Shown here one piece after another: positions 49,127-58,735 of a stretch of 64,000 bases of DNA. A model generated the notes under the pieces. The model worked only from the letters and a program-made list of their open reading frames with translations. It searched no databases and was not told the origin of the DNA. The DNA is from an uncultured Verrucomicrobiae bacterium (lineage in GTDB: Bacteria; Verrucomicrobiota; Verrucomicrobiia; Chthoniobacterales; UBA10450). A program made the position numbers and the translations under genes. Where the stretch lies: positions 392,983-456,982 of the forward strand of contig CAWIBO010000003.1 in assembly GCA_963834385.1 (NCBI GenBank). Reading direction: 5' to 3'. How positions within the stretch are numbered: the stretch's first letter is position 1; each line of letters starts with the position of its first letter.

Positions 49127-51665
49127 TCAGCCGCAGTTCGTGGCTCTGCTGGAGGTGCGGATGAGTGGGCACGGCGCGGACACTGAACGCATAGGCGCCG
49201 CTCTCGGTTGCCGGGATGTCGCCGGCATAACTGTATTCGCCGTGGGCGGCACCGCCTGCGGCCTGAAGCACCGTGGTGGCGGGATGCCTGATATCGCCGT
49301 TCTCCGTCTCGCCGTAATAGGCTTCCACCCGCACGTTCCGCGGATCGACGGCGCCGAGGTGAACCCGGGCCGTCACCTGGAGTTTCTCGCCCACGAGGAC
49401 GTTTTGCCGATCCTTGTTCCCCACCTGCACATCGGTGATGCGGACCTGCGCCCAGTCCTTGCGGATCCGTGATTTCCACTGGCTCAGCTCGGTCGCGGCC
49501 TGGCAGTTATCTCGCGAAAACTCGGCGAAACCGGCGGCGGCGGGCGCATAAAGCCGCTCGGCGTATTCCTTGACCATGCGGTGCGTGTTGAATACGGGGG
49601 TGACGCTGCGGATGGAATCGCGCATCAACTGCAGCCAGGCCAGGGGAAGACGGCCGTCGGGCTTGGCGTAATAGAGCGGCACGATCTGGTTCTCGAGCAA
49701 CTGGTAGAGGCTGTTCGCGTCCACCGCGCTCTGGAACTCCACCGTGCCGGTCTCGATTTCGGCCCCGATGGCCCAGCCGTTCTTGCCGTTGAAACCCTCG
49801 CACCACCAGCCATCGAGCACGCTCAGGTTGAGCCCCCCGTTCGGGGGCGCCTTCATCCCGCTGGTCCCGCTCGCCTCGAGCGGCCGCAGCGGATTGTTCA
49901 GCCAGAGATCGACGCCCTGGACGAGCCGGCGCGCGATGTAGGTATCGTAATCCTCCACGAACACGATCCGGTTCTCCAGCCCGGCCTCGCGCGTGAACTC
50001 GTAGACTTCCTGGATGAGCGCCTTGCCCCCCTCGTCGCGCGGATGCGATTTGCCGGCAAAGATGAACTGCACCGGGCGGGTGGAATCGTTCACCAGGCGC
50101 TGCAGGCGTTCCTTGTCGGAAAAAAGCAGGGCGCCGCGCTTGTAGGTGGCGAAACGGCGGGCGAACCCGATGGTGAGGATCTCGGGATCAAGGATCTGGT
50201 TGATCTGGCGGATGGCCTCGGGCGCTTCGCCGATGCGGAGGGCGCGCTGCCGGGTGCGTTCCCGCACGAACTGGACGAGGCGCAGCTTCAGTTTCTGGTG
50301 TGTTTCCCACAGTTCCGTGTCGGGAATCTCGATCACGCCGCGCCAGAAGTCGGGATCGGTCAGGTTTTCCTCCCAGTCGCCGAGATACTTCGAGTAGAGG
50401 GCGGAGAACTCGGGGGCGAGCCAGGTCTTGGTGTGAATGCCGTTGGTGATGCTGGTGATCGGGACCTCGTGCTGCGGCACGCCGCTCCAGACGTCCTTCC
50501 AGAGACCCTGGCTGACCTTGCCGTGCAGCGCGCTCACGCCATTCGCGTGGCGCGAGGCGCGCAGGGCGAGAATGGTCATGCTGAAAGGATCATCGGCGTT
50601 CACGCGCGTCTGGCCGAAGGAGAAGAGTTCGTCGAAGGGAAGCCCGATCTCCTTCGCGAAATCGCCGAAATACTTGCGCATCATTTCGCGCGGGAAGGAA
50701 TCGTTGCCCGCGGGCACGGGGGTGTGCGTGGTGAAAACGTTCGCGGCCGCGACCACCTGTAGGGCGGAATAGAAATCGAGCCCCTTTTCCTTGATCAGGA
50801 GACGGATGCGCTCGAGCGCGAGAAAGGCGGAATGCCCCTCGTTCATGTGAAAAACTTCCGACTCGATCCCGAGCAGACCGAGGACGCGGACGCCGCCGAC
50901 GCCGAGGAGAATTTCCTGGCGCATGCGCATTTCGAGGTCGCCCCCGTAGAGTTCCGCCGTGATCAGCCGGTCTTCCGGCGTGTTCTCGGCCACGTCGGTA
51001 TCGAGCAGGTAGAGGTTGACCCGGCCGACGTGGAGTTCCCAGATTTTCGCCACGACTTCGCGGTCGAGGATGCGCACGGAAACGAGGACGCGCCGGTCAT
51101 CCTTGCGCACCTCGCGGATGGGCAGGTGATGGAAGTTCTGGTTCAGGTTGATCGCCTCCTGCATCCCGGTGCGATCGATTTGCTGGCGGAAATAGCCGTG
51201 CCGGTAAAGCAGGCCGATGGCGTTGAAATTCAGGTCGAGATCGCTGGCCGACTTGCAATGGTCGCCGGCGAGAATGCCGAGGCCGCCCGAGTAATTGGGG
51301 ATCGATTCGTGGAAACCGAACTCAGCCGAGAAATAGGCAATCGGTTTTTGCAGGACCTTGCCGGCGCCGGTCTTGCCGTAGGTGTCCTTGCGCGCCATGT
51401 AGCGCTTGAAGGCGTCGTGCACTTCCTTGAGTTCGCGCAGGAAATTCTTGTCCTGGGCCAGCTCCTCGAGGCGCGCCTGGCGCGAGAGCTGGAGCATCCG
51501 GATCGGGTTATGGTTGGTCCGGTTCCAGAGTTCGGGGTCGAGATGACGGAAAAGACGGCGGGCGGCCGGCTCCCAGGTCCACCAGAGGTTGAAGACCATT
51601 TCGCGCAACGGCTCGAGAGCGGCGGGAAGAATCGGGGCGACGTGATAGGTAAGATAATTCGGCAT
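49113..51665 (-). CDS. glgP: Alpha-glucan (glycogen/maltodextrin) phosphorylase, GT35, GlgP family
   Basis: The ATG at 51665 gives MPNYLTYHVAPILPAALEPLREMVFNLWWTWEP. The sequence includes GGLGILAGDH and EASGTSGMKAPPNG, the pyridoxal-phosphate Lys region. Confidence 0.9.
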   Translation of the reverse strand: MPNYLTYHVAPILPAALEPLREMVFNLWWTWEPAARRLFRHLDPELWNRTNHNPIRMLQLSRQARLEELAQDKNFLRELKEVHDAFKRYMARKDTYGKTGAGKVLQKPIAYFSAEFGFHESIPNYSGGLGILAGDHCKSASDLDLNFNAIGLLYRHGYFRQQIDRTGMQEAINLNQNFHHLPIREVRKDDRRVLVSVRILDREVVAKIWELHVGRVNLYLLDTDVAENTPEDRLITAELYGGDLEMRMRQEILLGVGGVRVLGLLGIESEVFHMNEGHSAFLALERIRLLIKEKGLDFYSALQVVAAANVFTTHTPVPAGNDSFPREMMRKYFGDFAKEIGLPFDELFSFGQTRVNADDPFSMTILALRASRHANGVSALHGKVSQGLWKDVWSGVPQHEVPITSITNGIHTKTWLAPEFSALYSKYLGDWEENLTDPDFWRGVIEIPDTELWETHQKLKLRLVQFVRERTRQRALRIGEAPEAIRQINQILDPEILTIGFARRFATYKRGALLFSDKERLQRLVNDSTRPVQFIFAGKSHPRDEGGKALIQEVYEFTREAGLENRIVFVEDYDTYIARRLVQGVDLWLNNPLRPLEASGTSGMKAPPNGGLNLSVLDGWWCEGFNGKNGWAIGAEIETGTVEFQSAVDANSLYQLLENQIVPLYYAKPDGRLPLAWLQLMRDSIRSVTPVFNTHRMVKEYAERLYAPAAAGFAEFSRDNCQAATELSQWKSRIRKDWAQVRITDVQVGNKDRQNVLVGEKLQVTARVHLGAVDPRNVRVEAYYGETENGDIRHPATTVLQAAGGAAHGEYSYAGDIPATESGAYAFSVRAVPTHPHLQQSHELRLISWS

Positions 51666-51790
51666 GAAATCGGGCGGGCTGGGAAGTAAGCCGGGAGTGT
51701 GGCAGGAAAATTTTTTGCAGCAAGCGTTCACCGCGGCGTTTTCCCCGGTAGAGTGAGCGCCCGCCGGTGGAGCCGGCGGGGAGACCGCCC

Positions 51791-53176
51791 ATGAACTTTC
51801 GCTCTTTTACCATCCTGGCCCGTTCCCTCCGGCACGAGGGGGCGGCGACCATGGCGCTGGCCCTGCCGATCATCGGCGGGCAGCTCAATCACATGGTCAT
51901 CGGGCTGACCGACACCCTCATGGTCGGCCGGTTGGGCGTGGTGCCGCTGGCCGCGGCCACCTTTGCCAACACCGTCCTGCAGGTTCCGTTGATCGTCGGC
52001 ATCGGCATCAGCATGGCCGTCTCCATCCGGGTCTCGCAGGCGCGCGGCGCCGCCGACGTGCAGGGAGCGCGCATGGCCCTGCGCCACGGCCTTTATCTCG
52101 GCCTGGCCATCGGTCTTCTCACCATGCTGGGGGTCTGGAGCATCCAGCCGTTCCTTGGATTGTTCCGGCAGGAACCGGCCATCATCGAGGCGGTTCCCCG
52201 CTATTTTCTCCTGATCGCTTTTTCCATGGTGCCGGCGCTCGGGGCGATGGCGGTGAAGAATCATGCCGATGCCATGAACAGCCCGTGGCCGCCGTTCTGG
52301 ATTCTCTCGGGCGGCTCGGTCCTGAACATCCTTTTAAACTGGATTTTCATCTATGGAAATTTCGGCTCGCCGGCGCTCGGGCTGGACGGGGCCGGGGTCG
52401 CCACCTTGCTGACCCGCATCGCCACTTTGGCGGCCCTGCTGGCCTGGTGCCGTCAGGCGCCGGCGGTGCGCGATTGGGTGCCGCAACGCTGGCTTCGCCC
52501 GCCCTCCTGGCCGGCAGTGCGCAGCCTGCTCGCGGTAGGTTTCCCGGCCACCCTGCAATTGCTCGCGGAGGTGAGCGCGTTTGTCATGGCGACCCTTCTC
52601 ATCGGCACGCTCGGCGCGGTGGCGCTGGCTTCCCATCAGGTGGCCCTGAGCTGCGCGGCCATGGTCTTCATGGTTCCGCTCGGGCTTTCCATGGCCCTGA
52701 CCGTGCGGATGGGCGCGGCCTGGGGCGCGCGCGATCAATCACGGCTCCGTCCGATTTTGCTGAGCGGCTGGCTCCTCGCTTTCGCCTTTACCCTCATCAG
52801 CGCGCAAATCTTTCTCTATTTTAATGAGATGATTGCCGGCGCCTTCCTGACCGATCCGGTGGCGATTCGCCTGACCGCGACCCTTCTCCTGGTGAGCGCG
52901 GCGTTTCAGATGGGTGACGCCATGCAAATCTCCTCCGTCGGGGCGCTCCGCGGCCTGAACGACGTCAAGGTGCCGGCGGCGCTTTCATTTTTCGCCTACT
53001 GGGTGATCTCGATCCCGGCCGGATGGGCCCTGATGTTCCCGGCGGGTCTCGGCGTTCCGGGCATGTGGTGGGGAATAACGATCGGGCTGACGCTGACGGC
53101 CGTGCTTTTGGGCGTTCGTGTCTGGCGCCTGACCGCCCGGGCGTGGTCGCTTTGGCCGGTGGAAGAGGCGCGATGA
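51791..53176 (+). CDS. MATE-family multidrug efflux transporter
   Basis: About 460 aa with 12 TM-like segments. ALALPIIGGQLNHMVIGLTDTLMVGRLG is the typical MATE N-terminus. Confidence 0.85.
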   Translation: MNFRSFTILARSLRHEGAATMALALPIIGGQLNHMVIGLTDTLMVGRLGVVPLAAATFANTVLQVPLIVGIGISMAVSIRVSQARGAADVQGARMALRHGLYLGLAIGLLTMLGVWSIQPFLGLFRQEPAIIEAVPRYFLLIAFSMVPALGAMAVKNHADAMNSPWPPFWILSGGSVLNILLNWIFIYGNFGSPALGLDGAGVATLLTRIATLAALLAWCRQAPAVRDWVPQRWLRPPSWPAVRSLLAVGFPATLQLLAEVSAFVMATLLIGTLGAVALASHQVALSCAAMVFMVPLGLSMALTVRMGAAWGARDQSRLRPILLSGWLLAFAFTLISAQIFLYFNEMIAGAFLTDPVAIRLTATLLLVSAAFQMGDAMQISSVGALRGLNDVKVPAALSFFAYWVISIPAGWALMFPAGLGVPGMWWGITIGLTLTAVLLGVRVWRLTARAWSLWPVEEAR

Positions 53177-53194
53177 CGCGTATTCCTGCCCGGG

Positions 53195-54652
53195 TCACGC
53201 TGCCCGGGACGTGCTGGATTTTGGCGAGAGGAACAGGCCGAGCAGAAGGCCGGCGGCCAGTCCGCTCAGGTGCGCAGCCATGCTGATCTGCGGGGTGGAA
53301 AGGTCAAAGGCCGTCTGGATCACGACGATGAGGATGACATTGCGAAGACGCCGCCGGGCCTGCGGCGCGTGTCGATTCATGATTAGGTAACCGGCCCAGG
53401 CGCCGACCAGCGCCATGACCGAGCCGGAAGCGCCCACGACCTGTTCGGCGGCCGTCCAGTTTTGCAAACGGGCGAAGACGACGCCAAGGCCGGAGCCAAG
53501 ACCTCCGAGGAGATAAATCGCGGCGAAGCGCCAGCGCCCGACGGCGCGTTCCAGGCCGGGGCCAAGGAGGATCAGGCCGTAAAGATTGAAGAAGAGGTGG
53601 AGCGGACCGTAGTGGAGGAAGGTGGAAGAAAGCAGCCGCCAATATTCCTGACGATAAACCACGGAAAATGGCTCCAGTTGGCCGAGCCGGTGCAGGGTGG
53701 CGGGATTGGTGGAACCGCCGAGGCGCAGTTCGACGAGGAACATGGCCACGTTGAGCAGGCCAAAAACGAGCACGACCAGGCTGAGCCGTGGAAAAAAGCG
53801 GGCGGCGGGGCGTTCCCAGGCCGGGCTGCCGGTTTTGATCCGCTCGATCACGCGGCGGGCGCCGGACGAGAGCGGTTCTTCCGGCGACCGCCTGCCGGAA
53901 TCGCCGGTCCAGAACTGGCGCGCGGACGCGGGCAAACGGGAAAGCCGGGTGGCGAGAAGGCGCTGGGCGAGATCGTGCTCGCCCGTGAAGGTAAGCACGA
54001 TCAGCTCGCAAATGGCGCGGAGTTTTTCGCCTTCCGCGCTGCGGCTGAGCAGACCCGTCTGCGCGGCATGCTGCATGACGAGTTCGTCCTGCTGGCCGGT
54101 TTCGCCGAGCGCGCGGAGAAAGAAAGGGAGCAGGTGCGCCTCGCGATCCCCGCGCTCGAGTCCCTGCTGGAACCATTGAAGAAAGCCGATCCAATCCCCG
54201 CGCAAACTGAAGCGGTGAGCCGCGGCCAGGCGGGCAACCGGGGTGGCGTCGTCGGGGAAAAGCGTGGCAAGCCGATCCGCTGCGGCCGCCGGCCCAGCCG
54301 GCGCGTTTTCCAGGATCGCAAAAAGCCGGGCCTGCTCCGGGACGCCATCGGCTGGATGGACCAGGCGGAGCCATTGGGCGAGGCGGCGCGCGAAACGATG
54401 GCGCTGTTCCAGGGCCAGGCTTTCCAGCTTGCGCATCCCGATGGCCGGGCAAAGCAGAAACAAAAACCAGGCGGTGCCGCTGATGTATCCGGCCACCGGG
54501 CGCGCGAAAAACCAACTGGCCGCCACCGTGGCGAGGACGAGGAGCGCGGCCCCGGTCCATCCCGCGAGCTGACGCGGCCGCCGCAGCGTGCGCACCAGAA
54601 CCAGGAGGGGAGAAATTCCCGCAATGAAGAGAAGGACGTGATTCAACTCCAT
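53195..54652 (-). CDS. Rhomboid-family intramembrane serine protease with a long helical N-terminal region
   Basis: The ATG at 54652 gives MELNHVLLF. The C-terminal core shows YWRLLSSTFLHYGPLHLFFN, GASGSVMALVGA (catalytic Ser) and AHLSGLAAG (His). I rejected the upstream part of the 723-aa ORF because it is antisense to the next gene. Confidence 0.8.
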   Translation of the reverse strand: MELNHVLLFIAGISPLLVLVRTLRRPRQLAGWTGAALLVLATVAASWFFARPVAGYISGTAWFLFLLCPAIGMRKLESLALEQRHRFARRLAQWLRLVHPADGVPEQARLFAILENAPAGPAAAADRLATLFPDDATPVARLAAAHRFSLRGDWIGFLQWFQQGLERGDREAHLLPFFLRALGETGQQDELVMQHAAQTGLLSRSAEGEKLRAICELIVLTFTGEHDLAQRLLATRLSRLPASARQFWTGDSGRRSPEEPLSSGARRVIERIKTGSPAWERPAARFFPRLSLVVLVFGLLNVAMFLVELRLGGSTNPATLHRLGQLEPFSVVYRQEYWRLLSSTFLHYGPLHLFFNLYGLILLGPGLERAVGRWRFAAIYLLGGLGSGLGVVFARLQNWTAAEQVVGASGSVMALVGAWAGYLIMNRHAPQARRRLRNVILIVVIQTAFDLSTPQISMAAHLSGLAAGLLLGLFLSPKSSTSRAA

Positions 54653-54733
54653 GACCGCGCGGCAGTCTCGCATGTCCGGCGCGCCCGTCATCCCCGGCCT
54701 TGCCGCGAGGCCGGGCGGGGGGCAGGATGAAGC

Positions 54734-55387
54734 GTGCGCCTGCGCGTGACCCAGTATCTCGACGTGATCTCCTCGTGGTGCTTTTGGGCTTTCCCTGCCT
54801 GGCAGGAGTTGCAGGAGCGCTACCGGGGCCGGGTGGAGTTTAACTGGAAGATCGCGCTCATGGATGCCGCGGCCCTGCCGCCGACAGAGGAAGCAACCGC
54901 ATGGTATTACCGGCGCAGCGGCATGATCATGCAATCGCCCTTTATGCTGAGCACCGGCTGGTACGAGGGGTTGCCCGAGTATCTCGCGCCCAATTGCGTG
55001 GCCGAGGCGGGCAAGGATTTTGGGGTGACGGACGATCGCATCTGGTCGGCCATTTCCGCGGCCGGCGTGCGCGAGGGGAAAAAACACGGGCGCTGGGAGA
55101 TTGCGGCCGGGATCGGCGCGCGCGCGGGCGGGTTGAACGAAGCGAAACTGCTGGAGCGGGCGCGGGACCCGGCGGTGGAGGAACGGGTGCGGGCAAGCAC
55201 GGCCGAGTTTCACGCCCTGCAGGTGAACCAGCGGCCCACCTTCGTGATCGAGAGCGAAATCGGCGACCGCGCCATCTTTGCCGGGTTCGCGCGGGTCGAT
55301 CCTTTGGCGGCGGCTCTCGAGGCCATGCTGGAGGATCTCCGGGCGTATCAGGCGCACGCGGCGCACTTCGGCGCGCCGCCGGCGTGA
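54734..55387 (+). CDS. DsbA-like thioredoxin-fold protein (2-hydroxychromene-2-carboxylate isomerase-like)
   Basis: 217 aa with a GTG start. Features are YLDVISSWCFW in place of CxxC, and later ALQVNQRPTFVIE. Confidence 0.6.
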   Translation: MRLRVTQYLDVISSWCFWAFPAWQELQERYRGRVEFNWKIALMDAAALPPTEEATAWYYRRSGMIMQSPFMLSTGWYEGLPEYLAPNCVAEAGKDFGVTDDRIWSAISAAGVREGKKHGRWEIAAGIGARAGGLNEAKLLERARDPAVEERVRASTAEFHALQVNQRPTFVIESEIGDRAIFAGFARVDPLAAALEAMLEDLRAYQAHAAHFGAPPA

Positions 55388-55610
55388 TCGCAGTTTCGCC
55401 TTGATTGCAGGTGATTGTTGCCTTCTACTTCCGCTCGGCCCGCGATTGTTCGCGGGCCCGTCCGGTTGGCGCCTCGCAGCCTCCCGGGTGCAGGAGTGTT
55501 TTCGACCGCCGCGGGGCGGCCGGAAGGACAGGAGCGAGAACTGAGAATAACGGCGCCGCGGTCACTCCCGCTCAGCCGGTCCGGAGCTTTGATTTAATCT
55601 GCAACCACAA

Positions 55611-56198
55611 ATTCGTGTAAACGGTCGGATTCGCGCCCGCGAGGTCCGGGTCATCATGGGATCCAACGGGGAGCAACTCGGGATCATGAAACTTTCCGAC
55701 GCGCTCCGCAAAGCGCAGTCCATCGGTCTCGATCTTGTCGAGGTCGCGCCCACGGCCAATCCGCCGGTCTGTAAAATCGTCGATTTCGGCAAGTTCCGCT
55801 ACGATCTCTCCAAGCAGGAGAAGGAGAAGAAATCGTCCGGGACCAAGCTCAAGGAGATCAAGTTCCGGGTGAACATCGATGATCACGATTACCTGACCAA
55901 GATTCGCCACGGCGAGGAGTTCCTCGACAAGGGGAACAAGGTCCGCGTGCAGCTGCAATTCCGCGGGCGCGAAATGGCGCACCAGGAAATCGGGATGGAA
56001 CTGATGTTCAAGGTCCGGGAGGATCTTTCCGGCATGTCGCAGGTCGAGATGGATCCGAAACTGGCGGGCCGCAACATCACCATGACGTTGTCGCCGCTGC
56101 CGGCCAGCCGGCGCAAACGCCGCTTTGCCAAGCTGGACGCCGAGGAGATGGCGGCGGCGGAAGCTTCCTCCTCCGTCAACGGCACCGACGAAGAGTAG
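55611..56198 (+). CDS. infC: Translation initiation factor IF-3, probable ATT start
   Basis: The in-frame upstream translation IRVNGRIRAREVRVIMGSNGEQLGIM completes the conserved IF-3 N-terminus. The first in-frame ATG (55656) would truncate it. An in-frame TGA lies at 55590. Confidence 0.85.
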   Translation: MRVNGRIRAREVRVIMGSNGEQLGIMKLSDALRKAQSIGLDLVEVAPTANPPVCKIVDFGKFRYDLSKQEKEKKSSGTKLKEIKFRVNIDDHDYLTKIRHGEEFLDKGNKVRVQLQFRGREMAHQEIGMELMFKVREDLSGMSQVEMDPKLAGRNITMTLSPLPASRRKRRFAKLDAEEMAAAEASSSVNGTDEE

Positions 56199-56234
56199 AC
56201 GGCACCCGGGGCTCGTTTTTCCGGGCAGGAAAAG

Positions 56235-56290
56235 GGGCTTCGCGGGCGGCCCCGAACATTGGCAGCCCGCGAAGCCCTTGCTGTTCTCTT
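56235..56290 (+). terminator. Hairpin terminator between convergent infC and the ECF sigma gene
   Basis: A 12-bp stem gggcttcgcggg/cccgcgaagccc (56235-56277) is followed by ttgctgttctctt. Confidence 0.55.
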
Positions 56291-56291
56291 G

Positions 56292-56894
56292 CTAGATTTT
56301 CCGGCGCAGCGGTCGCACCGAGCTGGCCAGCTTGCGCAGCCCCAGCTCCAGACGCGTTTTCACCGTGCCCAGAGGCGTGCCGGTCCGGGCCGCAATTTCC
56401 CGGTGACTCAGATCGCCGAAGAAGGAAAGCTCGATCGCTTCCCGCTGCCGGTCAGGCAGGTTCTTCATCTGCCGGGTGAGAAACCGGCGGATGTCGGAAG
56501 CAATGAGCTGCCGGTCGATCCGGTTATGTGACGGAATCTTGGGCTCTTCCGTCAGATGTTCCTCGAACCGGTCTTTCGCCCGGCAGTAGGCCTGCCGGCG
56601 GCGGAGCCGATCGATGGCACGTCGCCGGGCCAGGGTCACCACCCAGCCGAGCGGCTTCCCGGCGTTGGCCGAGTAACGATCCGCTTCGTTCCAGATCTGG
56701 AGAAAGATTTCCTGGAGCACGTCATCGGCCTCAGCCTCTTCGTGGACCACGTGGCTGATGACCGCCTTGAGGGTCTTCCCGTATCGGCCGTAAAGCTCCT
56801 CGAGGGCGCTTTGCCGCCGGTCGGTGATCGCCTGCATCAGGTCCTCGTCCGTGGCCTGGGAGTATCCTTCCGTGTCAAAAACCGGCCGGATCAT
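56292..56894 (-). CDS. ECF-type RNA polymerase sigma-70 factor
   Basis: 200 aa. Region 2 is DDVLQEIFLQIWNEADRY...WVVTLARRRAIDRLRRR. Region 4 is LPDRQREAIELSFFGDLSHREIAARTGTPLGTVKTRL. Confidence 0.85.
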   Translation of the reverse strand: MIRPVFDTEGYSQATDEDLMQAITDRRQSALEELYGRYGKTLKAVISHVVHEEAEADDVLQEIFLQIWNEADRYSANAGKPLGWVVTLARRRAIDRLRRRQAYCRAKDRFEEHLTEEPKIPSHNRIDRQLIASDIRRFLTRQMKNLPDRQREAIELSFFGDLSHREIAARTGTPLGTVKTRLELGLRKLASSVRPLRRKI

Positions 56895-57139
56895 AAGGCA
56901 CTCCCTTCCTGGTTACCGCTCAAACCATCACTCTGTGAATGAAGTAGTTGCGTCATGCCCCAGAGTTTGGGCGGGGGCCACTCTGACGACAATTGGGCGG
57001 TGACCTAATGAATTCTTAGGTGAAATCCCTATACCCTTAGGTCGTTGAGCCAACGGTGTAGGTCCAGCCCTCGTGCGAAGGAACGAAAAAGGCCCTCTCC
57101 AACAGAGAGGGCCTCGCTCTTTTCCCCGAATCGAACCAG

Positions 57140-57892
57140 CTAGCGGGTGGCCGGCGTCGGGGTCGCGGAGACCGGCTTGCGCTTGAGCGGAGCCAGGCGC
57201 GGAGTCGGTTTCGGTGGCGGGGTGACGCGACCGGTCTTGAGCAGAAGGCGCTTTTTGCGGGCCAGCGCTTCCTTGTTGGCCGGCTGAATGGCCAGGATGG
57301 CCTCGGCATCGACCAGCGCCTTGTCGAATTTTTCGGTTACTTCATAGAGATAACCGCGCCCGAGGAGCGCTTCCACATCCTTGGCCTCGTTCTTGAGGAT
57401 CGCGGAGTAATCCTTGATCGCGGCTTCCTTGTCGTCGAGCTGGAGGTGAACAAAGGCGCGGCGAATAAGCGGCTCGCGATCCTTTTTCTTCAGCTTGACC
57501 GCCACGTTGTAATCTTCGAGCGACTTTTGCCAGTTGCGTTTGCGGAGATGGACAAAGCCGCGGTAGCGATGGGCCAGGGCATTTTTGGAATCGAGCTCGA
57601 TGGCTTCCGTCAGTTCCGGGAGCGCGGCGTCGTATTTGCCCTTCTGCACGCGGGTGATGGCGCGCTGGGTCAGGGCCAGGGAGAGGTTGACCTTGTGCCG
57701 CTTGGTGCGCGGGCTTTCCTTGACCGCCGTCCGGAGATGTTCAACCGCCTCGTCCCATTTCTTGCTCTTGGCCGCGGCGAGGCCCTTCTTGGAGGCCTGG
57801 GCGGCGGCGCGGGCGCTGGCCTCGGCCTCGCCCGGTGCGAGAAACAGGAGACAAAGGAAGAGAGAAACGCCGAGTCGTGTTATTGCGTGCAT
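57140..57892 (-). CDS. Secreted TPR-repeat protein (paralog A)
   Basis: Signal peptide MHAITRLGVSLFLCLLFLAPGEA, TPR-like repeats and a Pro-rich C-terminus. Confidence 0.7.
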   Translation of the reverse strand: MHAITRLGVSLFLCLLFLAPGEAEASARAAAQASKKGLAAAKSKKWDEAVEHLRTAVKESPRTKRHKVNLSLALTQRAITRVQKGKYDAALPELTEAIELDSKNALAHRYRGFVHLRKRNWQKSLEDYNVAVKLKKKDREPLIRRAFVHLQLDDKEAAIKDYSAILKNEAKDVEALLGRGYLYEVTEKFDKALVDAEAILAIQPANKEALARKKRLLLKTGRVTPPPKPTPRLAPLKRKPVSATPTPATR

Positions 57893-57929
57893 GTTTTTGA
57901 TTGGGTCGATTGGTTGTCTGCCAGGAAAC

Positions 57930-58694
57930 TCAGGGCGTGGGAGCCGCGGTCGGCCCCTTCGGCGCGACTGACGTGGCCGGGCGTGGTGCCAGGGGCGCCA
58001 TCGGGGTCATGGCCGGGGCCGGACTGGCGGCCGCGGGTGCGGTCAGTCTCTTTTTACCCGTGGCAGCATCGGCGTTGTCCGGCTGTTTTTTCAGGACTTT
58101 TTCCACGTCGGCCAGCGCTTTCTCCTTTTCGCCGGTGACCTCGTAAAGGTAACTGCGGCCAAGGAGAGCTTCCACGTCGGTGGCGTTCGCCTGCAGGATT
58201 TTCGTGTAATCCTTGATCGCGGCCTCGTTATCCTGGAGCTGGATGTTCACGAAGGCGCGCCGCACCAACAGATCGCGGTCGCCTGATTTTTCCTCGAGGG
58301 CGGCGTTATAATCCTCCAGCGCCTTGTTCCACTCGCGTTTGCTCAGGTAGGCGAACCCGCGAAACCGGCGCGCCTTGGTGGTCTCGGGATCCAGCGCCAG
58401 CGCCTCGTCGAGGTCGGCGATGGCTGCGTCATATTCCTGGCGGCCCACCTTCTCGGCGCCACGCTCGGTCAGGGCGAGGCGGAGATTGGTCTTATGACTG
58501 GAGGCGTCCGGGTCAGCCTCGGAAGCTTTCTTGAAGTTCTCGACCGCTTCGTCCCAGTTTTTTTTCTTGGCTGCGGCCAGGCCGGCCTTGGCGGCGGCGG
58601 CGCCGTCCTGGGCGAAAGCGCCGGAGGTGAAGGCGCAAAGAATAATGAGGCCGGCAACAAGTCCGGGGTGGCGGAGGAGTGATGGTCTGTTCAT
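57930..58694 (-). CDS. Secreted TPR-repeat protein (paralog B)
   Basis: The ATG at 58694 gives MNRPSLLRHPGLVAGLIILCAFTSGAFA. It is colinear with paralog A, for example DVEALLGRSYLYEVTGEKEKAL versus DVEALLGRGYLYEVTEKFDKAL. Confidence 0.7.
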   Translation of the reverse strand: MNRPSLLRHPGLVAGLIILCAFTSGAFAQDGAAAAKAGLAAAKKKNWDEAVENFKKASEADPDASSHKTNLRLALTERGAEKVGRQEYDAAIADLDEALALDPETTKARRFRGFAYLSKREWNKALEDYNAALEEKSGDRDLLVRRAFVNIQLQDNEAAIKDYTKILQANATDVEALLGRSYLYEVTGEKEKALADVEKVLKKQPDNADAATGKKRLTAPAAASPAPAMTPMAPLAPRPATSVAPKGPTAAPTP

Positions 58695-58735
58695 GAAAGT
58701 ATCGTGGGGTGGAGCAGGGTTCGGACGGACAGCGG

